A stretch of 64,000 bases of DNA from Moniliella sp. 'wahieum' (Eukaryota). A program made the translations under genes and the position numbers. Under the pieces are notes generated by a model. The model was not told where the DNA came from. It made no database searches and worked only from the letters and a program-made list of their open reading frames with translations. This document shows, piece by piece, positions 63,158-64,000 of this stretch (position 1 is the first letter of the stretch; each line of letters starts with the position of its first letter). The stretch is taken from positions 62,001 to 126,000 of the forward strand of contig RSEE01000087.1 in the NCBI GenBank assembly GCA_003971905.1. The letters run 5' to 3'.

Positions 63158-63456
63158 TGTGAAAGGAGGATGCCAATAGTCAAAGCCAGCCGAGAGGTAG
63201 AATGCATGTCATGTGACAAGGACAAGGCACGTGCCAAGCCACGGGCAGATGCACGCTGATGCATGCACGCGGAAGCAGCCCTAGGCCCAACCCTAGCGGC
63301 GCCGCGTACGTCAGCGCCACGGGAGGGAGCAAAGCAGAGGAGCAGGCACGAGGGCGGTCAGGCCCACACACAGGCCGCCACAGCGCGTGTGGGATTGGGG
63401 GGCTCCTAACTCGGTCTGAGTACTCACAGCAGCCCCAGCAGACCACCGCCGCCGCC

Positions 63457-64000
63457 ATGCACAACGCACCCGCCGCCATGCCCACGCCCCCCGCCATGCT
63501 CGCCTCCGCCGAGGCCGCCTACGCCTACCACGACCCCATCTCCACCGCCGTCGCCGCCGCCCTCCAGCCGCCTCGCCCGCGCCGCCTCGCCCCCGCCCAC
63601 GCCTACTGCGCCTGCGCCACAGCCCCAGCCGCCGCCCCCGCCGCTCCCCATCCCGCCCCACCTCCCGCCCCACCTCCAGCCACACCCAGCCGCATACCCG
63701 CACGCCCGCCGCCCCCGCCCCTCCCGCCCCTCCAGCCCTCCCGCACCCCCCCACGCACCCCGCTCCCTGCCCGCCACCCCTCTGCCCCGGCCCCCGCCCC
63801 ACCCCTCCGGCCTGCCCACGCCCACGCCCACGCCACGCCCTTCGACCACGCCTATGCGCCCAGCCATCCCCCTACGCGTACCCGCCCCACCCCAACTCCT
63901 CCCCGCTGGCCCCGCGCCCACCCCCCTGCCGCAGCCTCCGCGCCCACACCCACACCCGCCTCCGCCCTCGCTTCCGCTGCGGCTCCGCTTGCGTCTCCGC
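63457..64000 (+). CDS. 5' part of a Pro-rich gene truncated by the window end
   Basis: gccgccATG at 63457 followed by extremely C-rich P/A/S codons, the same pattern as other gene starts in the window. Confidence 0.4.
   Translation, partial: MHNAPAAMPTPPAMLASAEAAYAYHDPISTAVAAALQPPRPRRLAPAHAYCACATAPAAAPAAPHPAPPPAPPPATPSRIPARPPPPPLPPLQPSRTPPRTPLPARHPSAPAPAPPLRPAHAHAHATPFDHAYAPSHPPTRTRPTPTPPRWPRAHPPAAASAPTPTPASALASAAAPLASP

Noticed and set aside
62586..63264. K/E/R/G-rich and F/L/S/P-rich ORFs
   Set aside because: They are only translations of the (GGAAA)n satellite

Overview
This is eukaryotic, GC-rich, intron-poor fungal DNA, most consistent with a basidiomycete of the Ustilaginomycotina (smut-like). 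The evidence is GTRYGT donors, CTAAC/CTGAC branch points, 50-270 nt introns, and lineage-typical Pah1 and Rad21 sequences. Almost every conserved gene is broken by 1-2 nt frameshifts, often near homopolymers. This points to an unpolished long-read assembly, so CDS limits are reconstructed by eye and are approximate. Recognisable genes are two Stealth-family (Xpt1/GNPTAB-like) phosphotransferase paralogs, VPS11, PAH1/lipin, a degenerate mitochondrial-carrier-like protein, a SUR7/PalI protein, DNAJC7, TAF9, RCF1, an alpha/beta-hydrolase with degenerate catalytic motifs, RAD21, a C2H2 transcription factor, SNC1, a COG5-C-like protein, D-amino-acid oxidase and a kelch-type membrane protein. There are also two clear but structurally imperfect tRNA genes, one tRNA-like relic, and a ~280 bp (GGAAA)n satellite. 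No CRISPR array, transposon or rRNA was seen. The leads most worth following are: Rad21 with GLGR|E in place of ExxR at both candidate separase sites; the Stealth paralog pair sharing an EF-hand and a Cys-pair insert; the atypical tRNA-like loci; and a recurring intergenic GTGACATGTGAC motif within a wider pattern of heptamer repeats.
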